A stretch of DNA of 64,000 nucleotides from a bacterium (lineage in GTDB: Bacteria > UBA8248): contig OZ242260.1 in NCBI GenBank assembly GCA_965207065.1, positions 896,001 through 960,000 on the forward strand, in the 5' to 3' direction. The notes beneath the pieces were generated by a model. That model had not been told where the DNA came from. It was given only the letters and a program-made list of their open reading frames with translations, and ran no database searches. A program made the translations under genes and the position numbers. Below, piece by piece: positions 10,448 through 20,558 of the stretch. Positions within the stretch are counted from its first letter, which is position 1. Every line of letters begins with the position of its first letter.

Positions 10448-11813
10448 AGCCCTGCACGCCCACGACGCGATCTTTTTCCGAGAGGATGAGCCTGACGGCG
10501 TCCCTTTGGCCCTACGTAAGCGGTCCCTTGCGCAGATGCGCGCTCACCATCCAGCCCCGCATGGCGGGCGCGCCCCGCCCGCGGCCCGCCTCCACCAGGG
10601 CGATGTTCTCGCGCTCCGCCGCCGCGGCCTTCTCCGTCGTGAGCATGTCCTTCACCCCAGGCAGGTCCGCCGCGTGCAGGACGCCGATCTCCTCCAGCCT
10701 CTTGACCTCGCGTTCGGCTCCCGCCATCGACACCGCGCCGGGCCGCCAGGCGAGCGCGCCCGCGAGGAGAGCCGCGCGGTCGAAGACGGCCTCGCGTTCC
10801 GAGAGGTGCGCCACGGCCCATTCCACGGCCTCCCGGACGGGTTCGACGTCCGCCGCGCTCCGGCCGGCGTCGCGGGACAGGGCCCTCCTCTCCATCGCCT
10901 GCGCCTTGAGGGTCCTGGCGTCGAAGTTCAACTCCTTCGCCTGCTTCTCCCATACGGCCAAGAGCGTCGCCTTGTCGGCTTGGCACTTGGGGTCCCTCGT
11001 CATGAGCGTGACCCGCTGGGCGGCGCGCTGGTTCTCCGACGTCTTGCCCAGCCCGCGTTCTTCCATCGCCTTCTCGATCTCAGCCCGCCGGGTCGAGAAC
11101 GCCTCGATCACCTCGCGCGGGACGCCCGCGATCTCGAAGCGCCCGTCCGCGTGGGTCTTCTCGACACGATAGCCGAAGCTTTCGAGACCACGGGCGAGTT
11201 CGGTCCGGTATATCGCGCCGATCAGCATCTTCTGCGCATAGAGCTTCTCGTTCGACATGGTCCTCCATTTACCGTCGGCGCCACGCACCATGTTGGCGAT
11301 CACGGCGTGCGTGTGGAGCAGGGGGTCCAGGTTGCGCGAGGTGTCGTGGCGGAAGGCCGCGACGAGAATCTTCTGATCGCCGGTCCGTATCATCCGCCCG
11401 ATCCCGGGCTCGCTCATCCTGGTCTCGGCGACGTTCCGCTCGACCCAGTCCAGGGTGCGCGACACGGCCACCTCGTGGGCCCAAATCGCGCGTCCGTCGC
11501 CGCCCAAGTAGGCCAGCAGCGAGACGGACTTGGGCGCCGAGAGGGTGAGATCTCGGCCGGGACGGTGGTGGATGACGCCGTCCTTGCCCCTCTTCCCGAG
11601 CCTGCGCCCCGAACCGTCCGGCACCACGCCCTCGAGCACCGCGCGGAGGGTGTCGGGGTCGACCGGACCCGTGAGTCCCATATCCTCGGCGCCCCTGCCG
11701 CGCCAGGCGCTCGCCTCCCGGTGGTTCGGGTCGTCCTTTCCGTAGTAGTCGTCGCGCTCGAAATAGGAGACACACTGCGCGGGCGCAACGACGGCGCCTA
11801 TGGACGCGACCAT
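10444..11813 (-). pseudogene. MOBF relaxase-helicase (TrwC-like), 5' relaxase part
   Basis: YFERDDYY catalytic tyrosines, DLTLSAPKSVS, HDTSRNLDPLLHTH (HUH), FSTRR. In-frame TAG at 10512-10514, then the frame continues GQRDAVRLILSEKDRVVGVQGYA to the insertion. Confidence 0.92.
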
Positions 11814-12262
11814 ATCAGCAGTTCCTCATGTGGTTGCGATGCGGCCGCCCCGGCGGAACCGCGCCTTCTCCCGCCCCGCCGCTCACGCGGCGGCGCTCCC
11901 CCGCGTCCAGGTTATTTTTGTCGTACCCGTTCATATGCGTCTCTCCTTCGCGTTCGAGCATTTCGCCCCGATCGATCCTCCGGCGTCGTGCGGGCGGGGG
12001 CTCGCATCGCCCGCACCCATGACAAAATAAGCAAAAAAAATTCGTTTGCAAGGATTTTATATATCCGCTTTCCTGCGTTTTCTCGCCATACGCGCCCTCG
12101 CATACGACCGGCTGCGCGGGGGTATGATCTTTTTTTTTCGCGGGGCGCCCCGCCCCGCGCCGGCGAGAGGCCGAGGCGGGTGGTGAGGGAGCGCGGGAGC
12201 CTGTCCGGAGAGGCCGGGCGGCGCCTGCATTCCCCTTACCCGCAGCACCGGAGGCGCGACCC

Positions 12263-12595
12263 GTGAGTGAACCGAATCCATCCCGATACACCCGGGCCCT
12301 CGTTCTGGCGGGACCCGCTCTCGCGCTCCTCGCCACAATCCTCTCTCTCGCGGCCGGGAGCGGTCTCCGCCTCCTGTGGGCCGTCTGGTTCTGTGCGGCC
12401 CTCTGGAGCCTTCTCACGGCGCTTCCGTGCGTCCTGTGGCGGGGGTTCCGCCATGGGGACTGGACGGCCTTCAAGCGCTACGAACTCCCCGACGATCACG
12501 GCGAGCGCTTCGACTGGACGACGAGGACAGGGCGCTACGCACACCTCCGCGACCTCGATGAGCAGGAGCTTCACGGTCACGACCCGGCTCCCTGA
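12263..12595 (+). CDS. Hypothetical membrane protein
   Basis: Two hydrophobic segments; GGAGG upstream of the GTG start. Confidence 0.55.
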   Translation: MSEPNPSRYTRALVLAGPALALLATILSLAAGSGLRLLWAVWFCAALWSLLTALPCVLWRGFRHGDWTAFKRYELPDDHGERFDWTTRTGRYAHLRDLDEQELHGHDPAP

Positions 12596-13078
12596 TCCCC
12601 GCCTCGCGCCTCGGAGAGGCGGAGCCGGGCCGGGAGGGGGCGGCGGAAGAGGGCCGGGAGAGGCTCGCTTCCGCCGCCATAATTCACCTTTGCAAGGAGG
12701 CGCGCGATGCGGAAACCAAAACGGGAAGCAAACACCTTTCTCACCCATCTCTCAGGCCTTGGCCTGGCGGACGATCGATACGAGGTACGACGCTACAAAT
12801 TCTCGGGCGGGGGCGAAGTCCGGCCCGTACCCGCCGTGGACAAGTGCGGGCGCAAGAGGAAACGCGCGACAGCATCGCGTCGTGCGGTCCGCGAGATGCG
12901 GCCCGCGCGGGATGAGCTCATCATCTGCACGGGGCTCAAGGTCCCCGGCAGCGGCCTGCAGCTCTGGGGGGAACACCTCGTGTGGGGAAAGATGCTGTGC
13001 CGGGGATGATTTCCGGAAGACGTCTTGCCGGCCCGGCGCCGGCCGCACGTATTCCATCCACCCAGGGAGGGAGCCAGG

Positions 13079-13894
13079 ATGCCCTACAAGGATCTGGAGA
13101 CGCGACGCGAGAGAGAACGCGAACGACACAGGCGCCGGACGGCCAAACGCAAGGAAATGGGCCTTTGTCCAAAATGCGGCCGGAGAAATCCCGCGCCCGG
13201 GCGCAGCCAGTGCGAATCCTGCCTCGAAAGGGCCCGGGCTGCCGAACGCGCCCGCTACGCCAGGAGCAAGACTGCCGGAGAACCCTACGGTGGCCGGAAG
13301 CCCGAGAGCCGCCGGCGCATGGCGCGGGAGAGGAACAGGAAGCGAAGGCGCGAACGCCGCGAGGCGGGACTGTGCACGGCTTGTGGAGAGCGTCCCCCTG
13401 CCTGCGGCGGCGCCGTCTGCGAGACGTGCCGCGAGGCGCGGCGCAGGGAAGAGCGGTTGATCTACGAAAAAAGGCGCGCCATGGGGCGGTGCGGCAGATG
13501 CGGAGGACAGGTCTCAGCGGAGGCTTCCCGGTGCGCTTCGTGCGCCGCATCAGAAGTCAAACGCCGTCCACGCAAGAACGCCGCGAGCCGGGTGCGGTAC
13601 GCCGACAGGCGGGCCCGGTCGCTTTGCGTGGACTGCGCCGAACCGGTGAACGGAGCCGCGAGATGCGAGCGTTGCGCCCGCCGATCGTATTTCTCCTCGG
13701 GCGAGCACAAGGGAATGCCCGTCCATCCGACGCGCTACACCGTTGTCGAGCTCGCCACGGGCGCCGAGCACGGTCCCTGGGACTCTTGGGAGGAGGTGGC
13801 GATGTGCCTCGCCTTCGCGAAACTCTCCCGGGAGGAGGTGGAGGTGGTTGAGGATATCTCCGTGATGGCGAAACTCACCGCGGCTCCCTGGTGA
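13079..13894 (+). CDS. Arg-rich protein with four CxxC...CxxC putative zinc-binding repeats
   Basis: CPKC/CESC, CTAC/CETC, CGRC/CASC, CVDC/CERC; ATG at 13079 after GGGAGG. Confidence 0.7.
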   Translation: MPYKDLETRRERERERHRRRTAKRKEMGLCPKCGRRNPAPGRSQCESCLERARAAERARYARSKTAGEPYGGRKPESRRRMARERNRKRRRERREAGLCTACGERPPACGGAVCETCREARRREERLIYEKRRAMGRCGRCGGQVSAEASRCASCAASEVKRRPRKNAASRVRYADRRARSLCVDCAEPVNGAARCERCARRSYFSSGEHKGMPVHPTRYTVVELATGAEHGPWDSWEEVAMCLAFAKLSREEVEVVEDISVMAKLTAAPW

Positions 13895-14009
13895 GCGCGC
13901 CTGCACATGCAGCCGTCCGCCCGACGGCGGGGGGCCGGAACCGGGCGGGGCGGGAGGGTACGGCGCCGCCCTGCTGCGCAGCCGGCCTGTCGTCGACCGG
14001 GGGGAGGGG

Positions 14010-14435
14010 TCAACGCCCGCGCCGGAACGGACCGCGAAACCTCCGGCTCTCCGGCCGCCGTGACGAGGGGGCGAATCCCGGGCCGCGGGGCCGCGGCGTG
14101 AGCCGCCACACCGCCAGCCAGACCGGAAGAGAGACCAGTATCGCCCGAACGCCTGCGGGCAGCGGGACGAGCAGGTTCGCCACCGCGGCGGCGCCGAGCG
14201 CGACCCACGCCACAAGAGCGGGACCTGGATAGCCCAGGCGGCCCAGGCGCCGGCAGGCGAGCGCCAGCGGCAGGCCGAACGGAGCGGCCGCCGACAACGC
14301 CACGAGCGAGGAGGACCTCATCACATGTTCCACGGAGCCCGTGCGCAGTACCTCGACCGCGAGCATCCTCCCCGGCAGCCACAGGAGCGCCGGTAACCAG
14401 AACCTGAATCTTCCCGTGCGCCTTCGTCCGTCCAT
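14010..14435 (-). CDS. Hypothetical membrane protein
   Basis: Several hydrophobic stretches; GAGG upstream. Confidence 0.45.
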   Translation of the reverse strand: MDGRRRTGRFRFWLPALLWLPGRMLAVEVLRTGSVEHVMRSSSLVALSAAAPFGLPLALACRRLGRLGYPGPALVAWVALGAAAVANLLVPLPAGVRAILVSLPVWLAVWRLTPRPRGPGFAPSSRRPESRRFRGPFRRGR

Positions 14436-14619
14436 GCCTCATCCGACAATAATTCAGGGCCCGATGCAAGGGCAGGCGCGTTCCGCGAGCGCTCCCCGCC
14501 GGGTGAGGACCTCCCCGGGAGAGTGAGAGTGAAGCGGGGAGCCGGGCAAATGCCCGGTAGGGAGAGGGAGACGGTCTCCAACTCCCGCCGCCGGCGACAA
14601 CCCGAGAGGAGGCTTGGCC

Positions 14620-14754
14620 ATGTACGAGAACGACCATGACTACGAGATGTTCACCAGTGACGAGTTGCTCGCCGAGATCGGACTCGACGCGTACGCGATC
14701 CGCGTGATCCGCGACGAGGCGAAAGGCGAGGCGGAGGAGTTCAGGAGGGAATAG
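14620..14754 (+). CDS. Small acidic hypothetical protein (44 aa), below the ORF-track cut-off
   Basis: GAGGAGG RBS then MYENDHDYEMFTSDELLAEIGLDAYAIRVIRDEAKGEAEEFRRE*. Confidence 0.55.
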   Translation: MYENDHDYEMFTSDELLAEIGLDAYAIRVIRDEAKGEAEEFRRE

Positions 14755-14834
14755 GGCGAACCGGGGGGGGGTGGAGAGAAAGACTCTCTCCCTCCCGTCA
14801 TTTTTTCACACTCACACCACGAAGGAGTACTACA

Positions 14835-15275
14835 ATGGCATTCGGACTCAACAGAGCGGAACTGATCGGGCGTCTCGGCGCCGACGTCACCATCAACCAC
14901 CTCGCGAGCGGCGGACGCGTCGCGAATCTCTCGATCGCCACCGACGAGGGCTACGTCGACAAGCAGTCGGGCGACCGGGTGGACAAGACCGAGTGGCACC
15001 GGGTCGTGACCTTCCAGCCCGGCCTGGTCGACATGTTCGAGAAGCACGCGAAGAAGGGCCGCCTGGTCTACGTCGCGGGCAAGCTCCAGACCCGCCGCTG
15101 GAAGAAGGACGAGGAGGATTCGGACCGGTTCTCGACCGAGATCCTCGTAGCACCCGGCGGGCGGGTGCAGTTCCTGGAAAAGATGAACGGAAATGGCAAC
15201 GGTAACGGCGCGCACGCCGAGACGGCGGCTGTGGCGGCGACCGCGGGCGTAGTGGGGGAAGACATCCCGTTTTGA
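14835..15275 (+). CDS. ssb: Single-stranded DNA-binding protein
   Basis: LNRAELIGRLGAD...TEWHRVV...GKLQTRRW; C-terminal EDIPF tail. Confidence 0.95.
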   Translation: MAFGLNRAELIGRLGADVTINHLASGGRVANLSIATDEGYVDKQSGDRVDKTEWHRVVTFQPGLVDMFEKHAKKGRLVYVAGKLQTRRWKKDEEDSDRFSTEILVAPGGRVQFLEKMNGNGNGNGAHAETAAVAATAGVVGEDIPF

Positions 15276-15907
15276 GTGCTTCAAGGGCCGGCGCCTCGCG
15301 CGTCGGCCCTTTCATTTTGCTGTCGACCCGGAGGAAGCCTCCCCTGGCCCGAGGAGAAGGATGAACACCCGGCCATGGACGAGGCCCGCACCTTTCCCGC
15401 CCCGCCGGCCTCTCTCGTCTACAGGGAACACCTGGAAAATCTCCGGTTCTGTGAACGATAAACCGTGTTCACGGAAGATCGGCTTGCGCCTGCGATCACT
15501 CCATGCTCAAGACAGTGGCTCGATCCACCCCCCGCTGCGGGAATTCCGGGCCGGAAAAAACGGCCCGAAATGACCCTTTCCGCAGCATGAGAGATTGTTT
15601 CCCGATGAGCTTCGCCTTCATCGTGAAACACCAGAAGCTCTTGTGTCCCGGTGGCGAATCAACTGTCTCTCTCTTAGCGTCCTCATTTTAGCACGAACGC
15701 CGAACGAATAAAGGGTGGCCGCAAGCGGCCATCATTTGCCGGTGCCCCCCAAAAAACGATGATGCGTGTTTTTCGGGAACCCCCCGGAAAATGACGAGCC
15801 CTTGATTCGCCCGCCTACGGGCGCCGGATACACCGCCCGGCGCCCTTACGTGCTGAAAATGGGACGCTAAGAAGCGCATCCGTTAACTCTCTGGAAAGGA
15901 GAAAGGC

Positions 15908-16282
15908 ATGGAAACCACCGTGGTGAACCTGAACGAATATGTGGCGCCCCAGTTCGGAGGCGGCTTGCTGGTGAGGATCGACCGCAAGACGAAGTGGGGA
16001 AACCCCTTCCGGGTCGGCACCGACGGCGACCGCGACGACGTCATCGAGAAATACCGGCGATGGCTGTGGGAAAAAATCCAGCGCGAGGAGCTCGACCTAT
16101 ACGAACTCGCCGACCTCCATGGCTGCGAGCTCGGCTGCCACTGCCGGCCCCTCCCGTGCCACGGCGACGTCCTCGCGCGCGCCGCCGAGTGGGCAGCCGG
16201 CTATCTCGACGAGATGCCCAAAGAAGTCGGGCGCAACGAGCGTGGCTACGCTCTTCCCGAATACAACCATCCCCTCGCTTGA
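15908..16282 (+). CDS. DUF4326 domain protein
   Basis: IDRKTKWGNPF and LGCHCRPLPCHGDVL motifs; RBS AAGGAG. Confidence 0.85.
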   Translation: METTVVNLNEYVAPQFGGGLLVRIDRKTKWGNPFRVGTDGDRDDVIEKYRRWLWEKIQREELDLYELADLHGCELGCHCRPLPCHGDVLARAAEWAAGYLDEMPKEVGRNERGYALPEYNHPLA

Positions 16283-16303
16283 GGACAACCAAAGGAGTGA
16301 ACG

Positions 16304-17257
16304 ATGACCGCTACACACGACCACAAGGAGAGCATCATGCATGAGAACGATCACAACGATGCCCAGCATGAATCCTTCACCGCCATGGTCTGCGAGCAGG
16401 CCGCCCTGTTCGGCGCGACTCCGGGGCCGGACGAGTTCGACAACCGCCCCGTGTGGGACGAGGGCGAGGCAACCGCCGCCGTCATCAAGGCATTCGGCGC
16501 ACTCGCGGAAGCAGCGCCCGACGGCACGCAACTCGCGGATGAGCGAAGAAACCTCCTGTGGGGCTTCGTCAACACCCTCGACGCGCAGACTCAGAGGCTC
16601 GACCGGGCAGCCGACAAACTCATCCCCGGCATCCGTGAACTCCAGCGCGAGCAGGACGGCTCCGAGATCCGCTCCCGCGAACTCGAACTCATGACCGACC
16701 GCGCCCAGAACCTGAATGACCGGCGCGACGCCTTCGAAGGGTTGCGCGACACGGCAGCAGAGGCCTACCGCATCGAGACCGGCGAGGTCTGGCGGCCGAG
16801 GCGAGGCTCGCACGTCTCGCAGACCGGTAAGCTCACCTCCGCCGTGATCGAGGCGCGCGACTTCCAGCGGGCGCGCAAGGACCGCGCGAACACGGCTCAT
16901 CTTCCCCAGGGAACCCTCGTCGCCGTCGCGGGCGGCAAGGAGGCGAACGACGCGGGCAAAATCATCGCGCATCTCGACAAGGTCAAGGCCAAGTACGCCG
17001 ACGTCGTCCTCGTCCACGGCGGCGGCCCCGGTGCTGAGAAGATAGCGGCGGGATGGGCCGAGCGGAACGGCGTCCACCAGGTCGTCTGCAAGCCCGACTG
17101 GGACGCACACGGCAGGGCCGCTCCCTTCCGCAGGAACGACGAACTCCTCGCACTCCTGCCCAAGGGCGTGGTCGCGTTCCCGGGTTCGGGCATCACCGAC
17201 AACCTCGTCGACAAGGCCCGCACCCTCGGCATTCCCGTCCAGAAAATCGCCGCCTGA
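16304..17257 (+). CDS. DUF2493 / SLOG-like domain protein of conjugative elements
   Basis: VLVHGGGPGAEKIAAGWA, PDWDAHGRAAPFRRND, VAFPGSGIT. Confidence 0.8.
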   Translation: MTATHDHKESIMHENDHNDAQHESFTAMVCEQAALFGATPGPDEFDNRPVWDEGEATAAVIKAFGALAEAAPDGTQLADERRNLLWGFVNTLDAQTQRLDRAADKLIPGIRELQREQDGSEIRSRELELMTDRAQNLNDRRDAFEGLRDTAAEAYRIETGEVWRPRRGSHVSQTGKLTSAVIEARDFQRARKDRANTAHLPQGTLVAVAGGKEANDAGKIIAHLDKVKAKYADVVLVHGGGPGAEKIAAGWAERNGVHQVVCKPDWDAHGRAAPFRRNDELLALLPKGVVAFPGSGITDNLVDKARTLGIPVQKIAA

Positions 17258-18038
17258 CGTGAACGCTCCACGGGTCGCGTCGCAACACCTCAACTGCGGC
17301 GCGGCCCGTCGCTTCTCTCCTCGCTCACTCCACCGTACCTCTCCTGATTGCTCCGCTCGCTTCCTCCCGCTCAATCACCGCGGCGGCTCCCGCTCGTCAT
17401 TCCCGCCGGCAAGAATCCCCCCGACTCGCGTTCCCAAAGATCCCTGCGCTAGCCGCCCTTCGGCGTTTCTTTCAGTACACCAGACGCATCGCTGATGCGG
17501 GTGTCGCTGTGGCTGCGAATGTCCGCGTTCCCCTGCGCCCCTCTTTCATGAATCGTGCCTCCGTGCGTCCCCGTCGGGCCGGGAAAAGTAATACCAATCT
17601 GGCACCACACATATCCCTTTGAAATCAAGGCACTTAAAAGATGGCGCATGTCATATGAAATACGGCGTAATACGGGGAGTTCCTGAGAGATACCAGATTG
17701 GTAGTACTTAGTGGTGCGCTGCATTATGATGGCTACCAGTTTGGTAGTTCGTGAAACGGCGTCACGGGTATGATTTTGGGCCCGAGGTGGGTGTGTTTGG
17801 TGTAAGAAATAAGAATTTTTGCGATCGCTTTGCGACCGGAGCGTATGAAAATCTTCACGATAGGAGCGGCGAAACGGATGGTTCAGACGATACAGAAGAA
17901 CATCAGAGTCACGCCTGAACAGTGGAAACGAATTGAAAATGAAGCCGAAAAGCGCGACATCTCGCCGAACCGGCTCGTGGTAGAGCTGGCCATAGAGGGT
18001 CTCGAGCATCGGGAATGGCCGCGCACGGAGGCGGAAAT

Positions 18039-19967
18039 ATTGCGGTAGGGACGCCGGTTACCCGGCGCCCCCCGCTCAGATCCGGACGTGCCCGCTAAGG
18101 CATCCGGCTCCTCCCTCGGGTTTTGCCCCCGCTTAGGCATTGACGGCAAATCGTTGATCCGGCCACGGATGTCGGATTTCCAGCTTGGGCCAGTATCGCG
18201 CAATTAGCCTGTGGATGCTGGCCCAGGCGAACCGGTCCTTTTGCGATCTGCGGCGTATTATGTCGAGCCACACCCGCTTCAGGCGAAAGAGGAAGCGGTA
18301 CAGGTGCCGGTAGCTGGCCGGGACTGCATAGTAATTCAGCCATCCATCGACCACTTTACCCAGCCACTTGGCCGTATCCCTGATGTTGTCGTGCATCCGC
18401 CTGTGCAGCACCTCCTTGATCCGCTTCAGTGTGCGCGTCGTCCGCTTCGCAACTGGCTTGCGCCCCAACTGGAAGTGCCCTCCTCTGGTCTTCGCGCAGT
18501 AGTGCGTGAAGCCCAGAAAGTCGAAGGTCTCCGGTTTGCCTTGACCGCTCTGTTGTCGGTTCTCTTTGGCAAAACGCCCGAACTCGATGAGCCGGGTCTT
18601 GTCGGGATGTAGTTCCAGATCGAAGCGTCCGAACCGCTCCTTCACGGCGTCCAGAAAGCGCTCCGCGTCCCGCTTGTGCTGAAAACCCACCACGAAATCG
18701 TCAGCATATCGTACGATGATCGACTCGCCGTTGGCTTCGCGGCTGCGCCACTTCTTATGGAACCAGAGATCGAGGACATAGTGCAGGTAGACGTTTGCGA
18801 GACTCGGCGAAATCACCGAGCCTTGAGGCGTCCCCCGCAAGTCGTCCCGCCACTCTCCATCTTCCATGACGCCGGCGTTCAACCACTTGATGATCAGCCT
18901 GATAACCCGCTTGTCTCCGATGCGGTGCTCCAGAAACCGGACCAGCCAGTCCCTCGAAACCGTGTCGAAAAATGCGCGGATGTCACAATCGACCACCCAG
19001 TTGATCTTGCGCCGGTCGATGCCGACCGCGAGCGCATCGAGCGCGTCGTGCGCTCCACGCCCGGGCCGGAACCCGTAGCTGAACCCCAGGAACTCCGCCT
19101 CGTAAATCGGCGTCAGGATTATCTCCATCACCGCCTTCTGGACTATCTTGTCCTCGATGGCTGCGACGCCGAGCGGTCGTGTCCCGCCATCCGGCTTCGG
19201 GATATTCACCCGCCGTGACGGCGTCGCCCGGAACGCCCCCGAGTGCACGCGGTCGTGCAGGTCGGCCAGACGGCTTCCCAGCCCTTCCTCGTACATCCGC
19301 CATGTCACGCCGTCCGCGCCTGCCGCCGCGTCCCTCTTCATCTCGAAGAAGGCCCAGCGCAGCGCATCGACCGTGATATGGTGGAGGAGCGTCGTGAGAC
19401 GCATCCCAGGTTCCCTTTGTACAAACTGCCGTATCCGGTCGGCCGCTTGTGACACGCTTTCCCGGTCCTGCGTCCGGTACGTGCTTTGGCCCTCCGGATT
19501 CCCCTCGAGCTCGGCCCTTGGCTCCATCGGCTCCGCCGGGGCTGCCGCCCCTTTGTTCGCCGACTTCACGGCTACTATGGCCGAGTCTGACTTCTCCATG
19601 CCGTTCATCATCGGTTACGGACTCCTCCTTTCGTCAGCGACCCCGCCACGACAGCGGGGTGACATGGAGACCTCCCAGGTCCCGGTGCAGTGCGTACGTA
19701 CGTGTATGGGTTCTTAGACACCGCGGGATTCCGGCCCCCCTCGCCATGTCGGTGGGTCGAATGCTGCCTTCGGCCAGATGGACGGCCTCGGCATCCCGGA
19801 AATGCGCTTTTTCGGTGCTCATTAGCCCTACCCGCACGCGCCCCTGTCAACGCTTGACCCCCGCCCTCGCGAGCGTAGGCCCATGACTCGGGGTGGAAGT
19901 GGTGGCTCACCTTCTCCTTCCCGCCGGACTTTCACCGGCTGCACTGGCACCAGTTAGCCTGGCGCAC
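18039..19967 (-). mobile_element. Group II intron (about 1.93 kb)
   Basis: 5' GTGCG at 19967; domain V GAGCCGGATGCCCTTAGCGGGCACGTCCGGATC; domain VI ending CCCTACCGCAAT at 18039. Confidence 0.92.
18133..19611 (-). CDS. ltrA: Group II intron reverse transcriptase/maturase (no obvious En domain)
   Basis: IPKPDGGTRPLG, SYGFRPGR, GTPQGSVISP, RYADD, FDFLGF and maturase GWLNYY. Confidence 0.95.
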   Translation of the reverse strand: MMNGMEKSDSAIVAVKSANKGAAAPAEPMEPRAELEGNPEGQSTYRTQDRESVSQAADRIRQFVQREPGMRLTTLLHHITVDALRWAFFEMKRDAAAGADGVTWRMYEEGLGSRLADLHDRVHSGAFRATPSRRVNIPKPDGGTRPLGVAAIEDKIVQKAVMEIILTPIYEAEFLGFSYGFRPGRGAHDALDALAVGIDRRKINWVVDCDIRAFFDTVSRDWLVRFLEHRIGDKRVIRLIIKWLNAGVMEDGEWRDDLRGTPQGSVISPSLANVYLHYVLDLWFHKKWRSREANGESIIVRYADDFVVGFQHKRDAERFLDAVKERFGRFDLELHPDKTRLIEFGRFAKENRQQSGQGKPETFDFLGFTHYCAKTRGGHFQLGRKPVAKRTTRTLKRIKEVLHRRMHDNIRDTAKWLGKVVDGWLNYYAVPASYRHLYRFLFRLKRVWLDIIRRRSQKDRFAWASIHRLIARYWPKLEIRHPWPDQRFAVNA

Positions 19968-20558
19968 CCATTTGTTGCGCTCATCCATGTTCACCGCGCA
20001 GGCCATAATCCGCGACATGGAGAAGGCCGGACGTGAAGAAGAAATCGCGCAAATCAGCCGAAATATCTCCGAAGTCGCGCCGGAATTGCCGGGAAAATCG
20101 GCAAATAACCTGCGAGATCGAGTAGATTCGGGGAGCGACAACCCATAAGCTGATCAGCCTTAGCTCGTCTGAGAAATAACTTTCACAGTCGGAAATTCAC
20201 GCCACATAGACATCCGACTCGCCGTATCCGCGAGTTAATCGTTGCGTACATATTCATACTGCCGCTCTGTCCGGGACACGATGCGACAACCGGAACCGGT
20301 GAATCAGTCCAAACTGCATTCAAACAAAATGACGAAGCTGTGATTTTCAGGCAAAAACCGCAACCTCTCTTCGTCGTGCGCCTGCCTCCGAACTGTTCGT
20401 TGGAAGTCATTTTTAACGAAAAGCGCGGGGGAAATCTCGACGACATTCTTCTACTTCACGTCGCGCACGATGATGGTGCAGGTATACTTGGCAGGAAAAT
20501 CACATGATGCAAAAGCGGGAGGAAGAATACCTGACAGTCAAACTCCTGACCAAGCGTT

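Larger units (their letters stand above)
17878..20148 (+). pseudogene. Ribbon-helix-helix-like DNA-binding protein interrupted by an antisense group II intron
   Basis: Removing 18039-19967 restores the frame: MVQTIQKNIRVTPEQWKRIENEAEKRDISPNRLVVELA...EAEI|HLLRSSMFTAQAIIRDMEKAG...DNP*. Confidence 0.75.

Noticed and set aside
18133-19611. RT as CRISPR-associated RT, retron or DGR
   Set aside because: It lies inside a complete group II intron with domain V/VI and clean exon junctions; no TR/VR pair was seen.
20180-20510. Possible decayed gene on the minus strand
   Set aside because: Internal stops and no recognisable motif; cannot be assigned.
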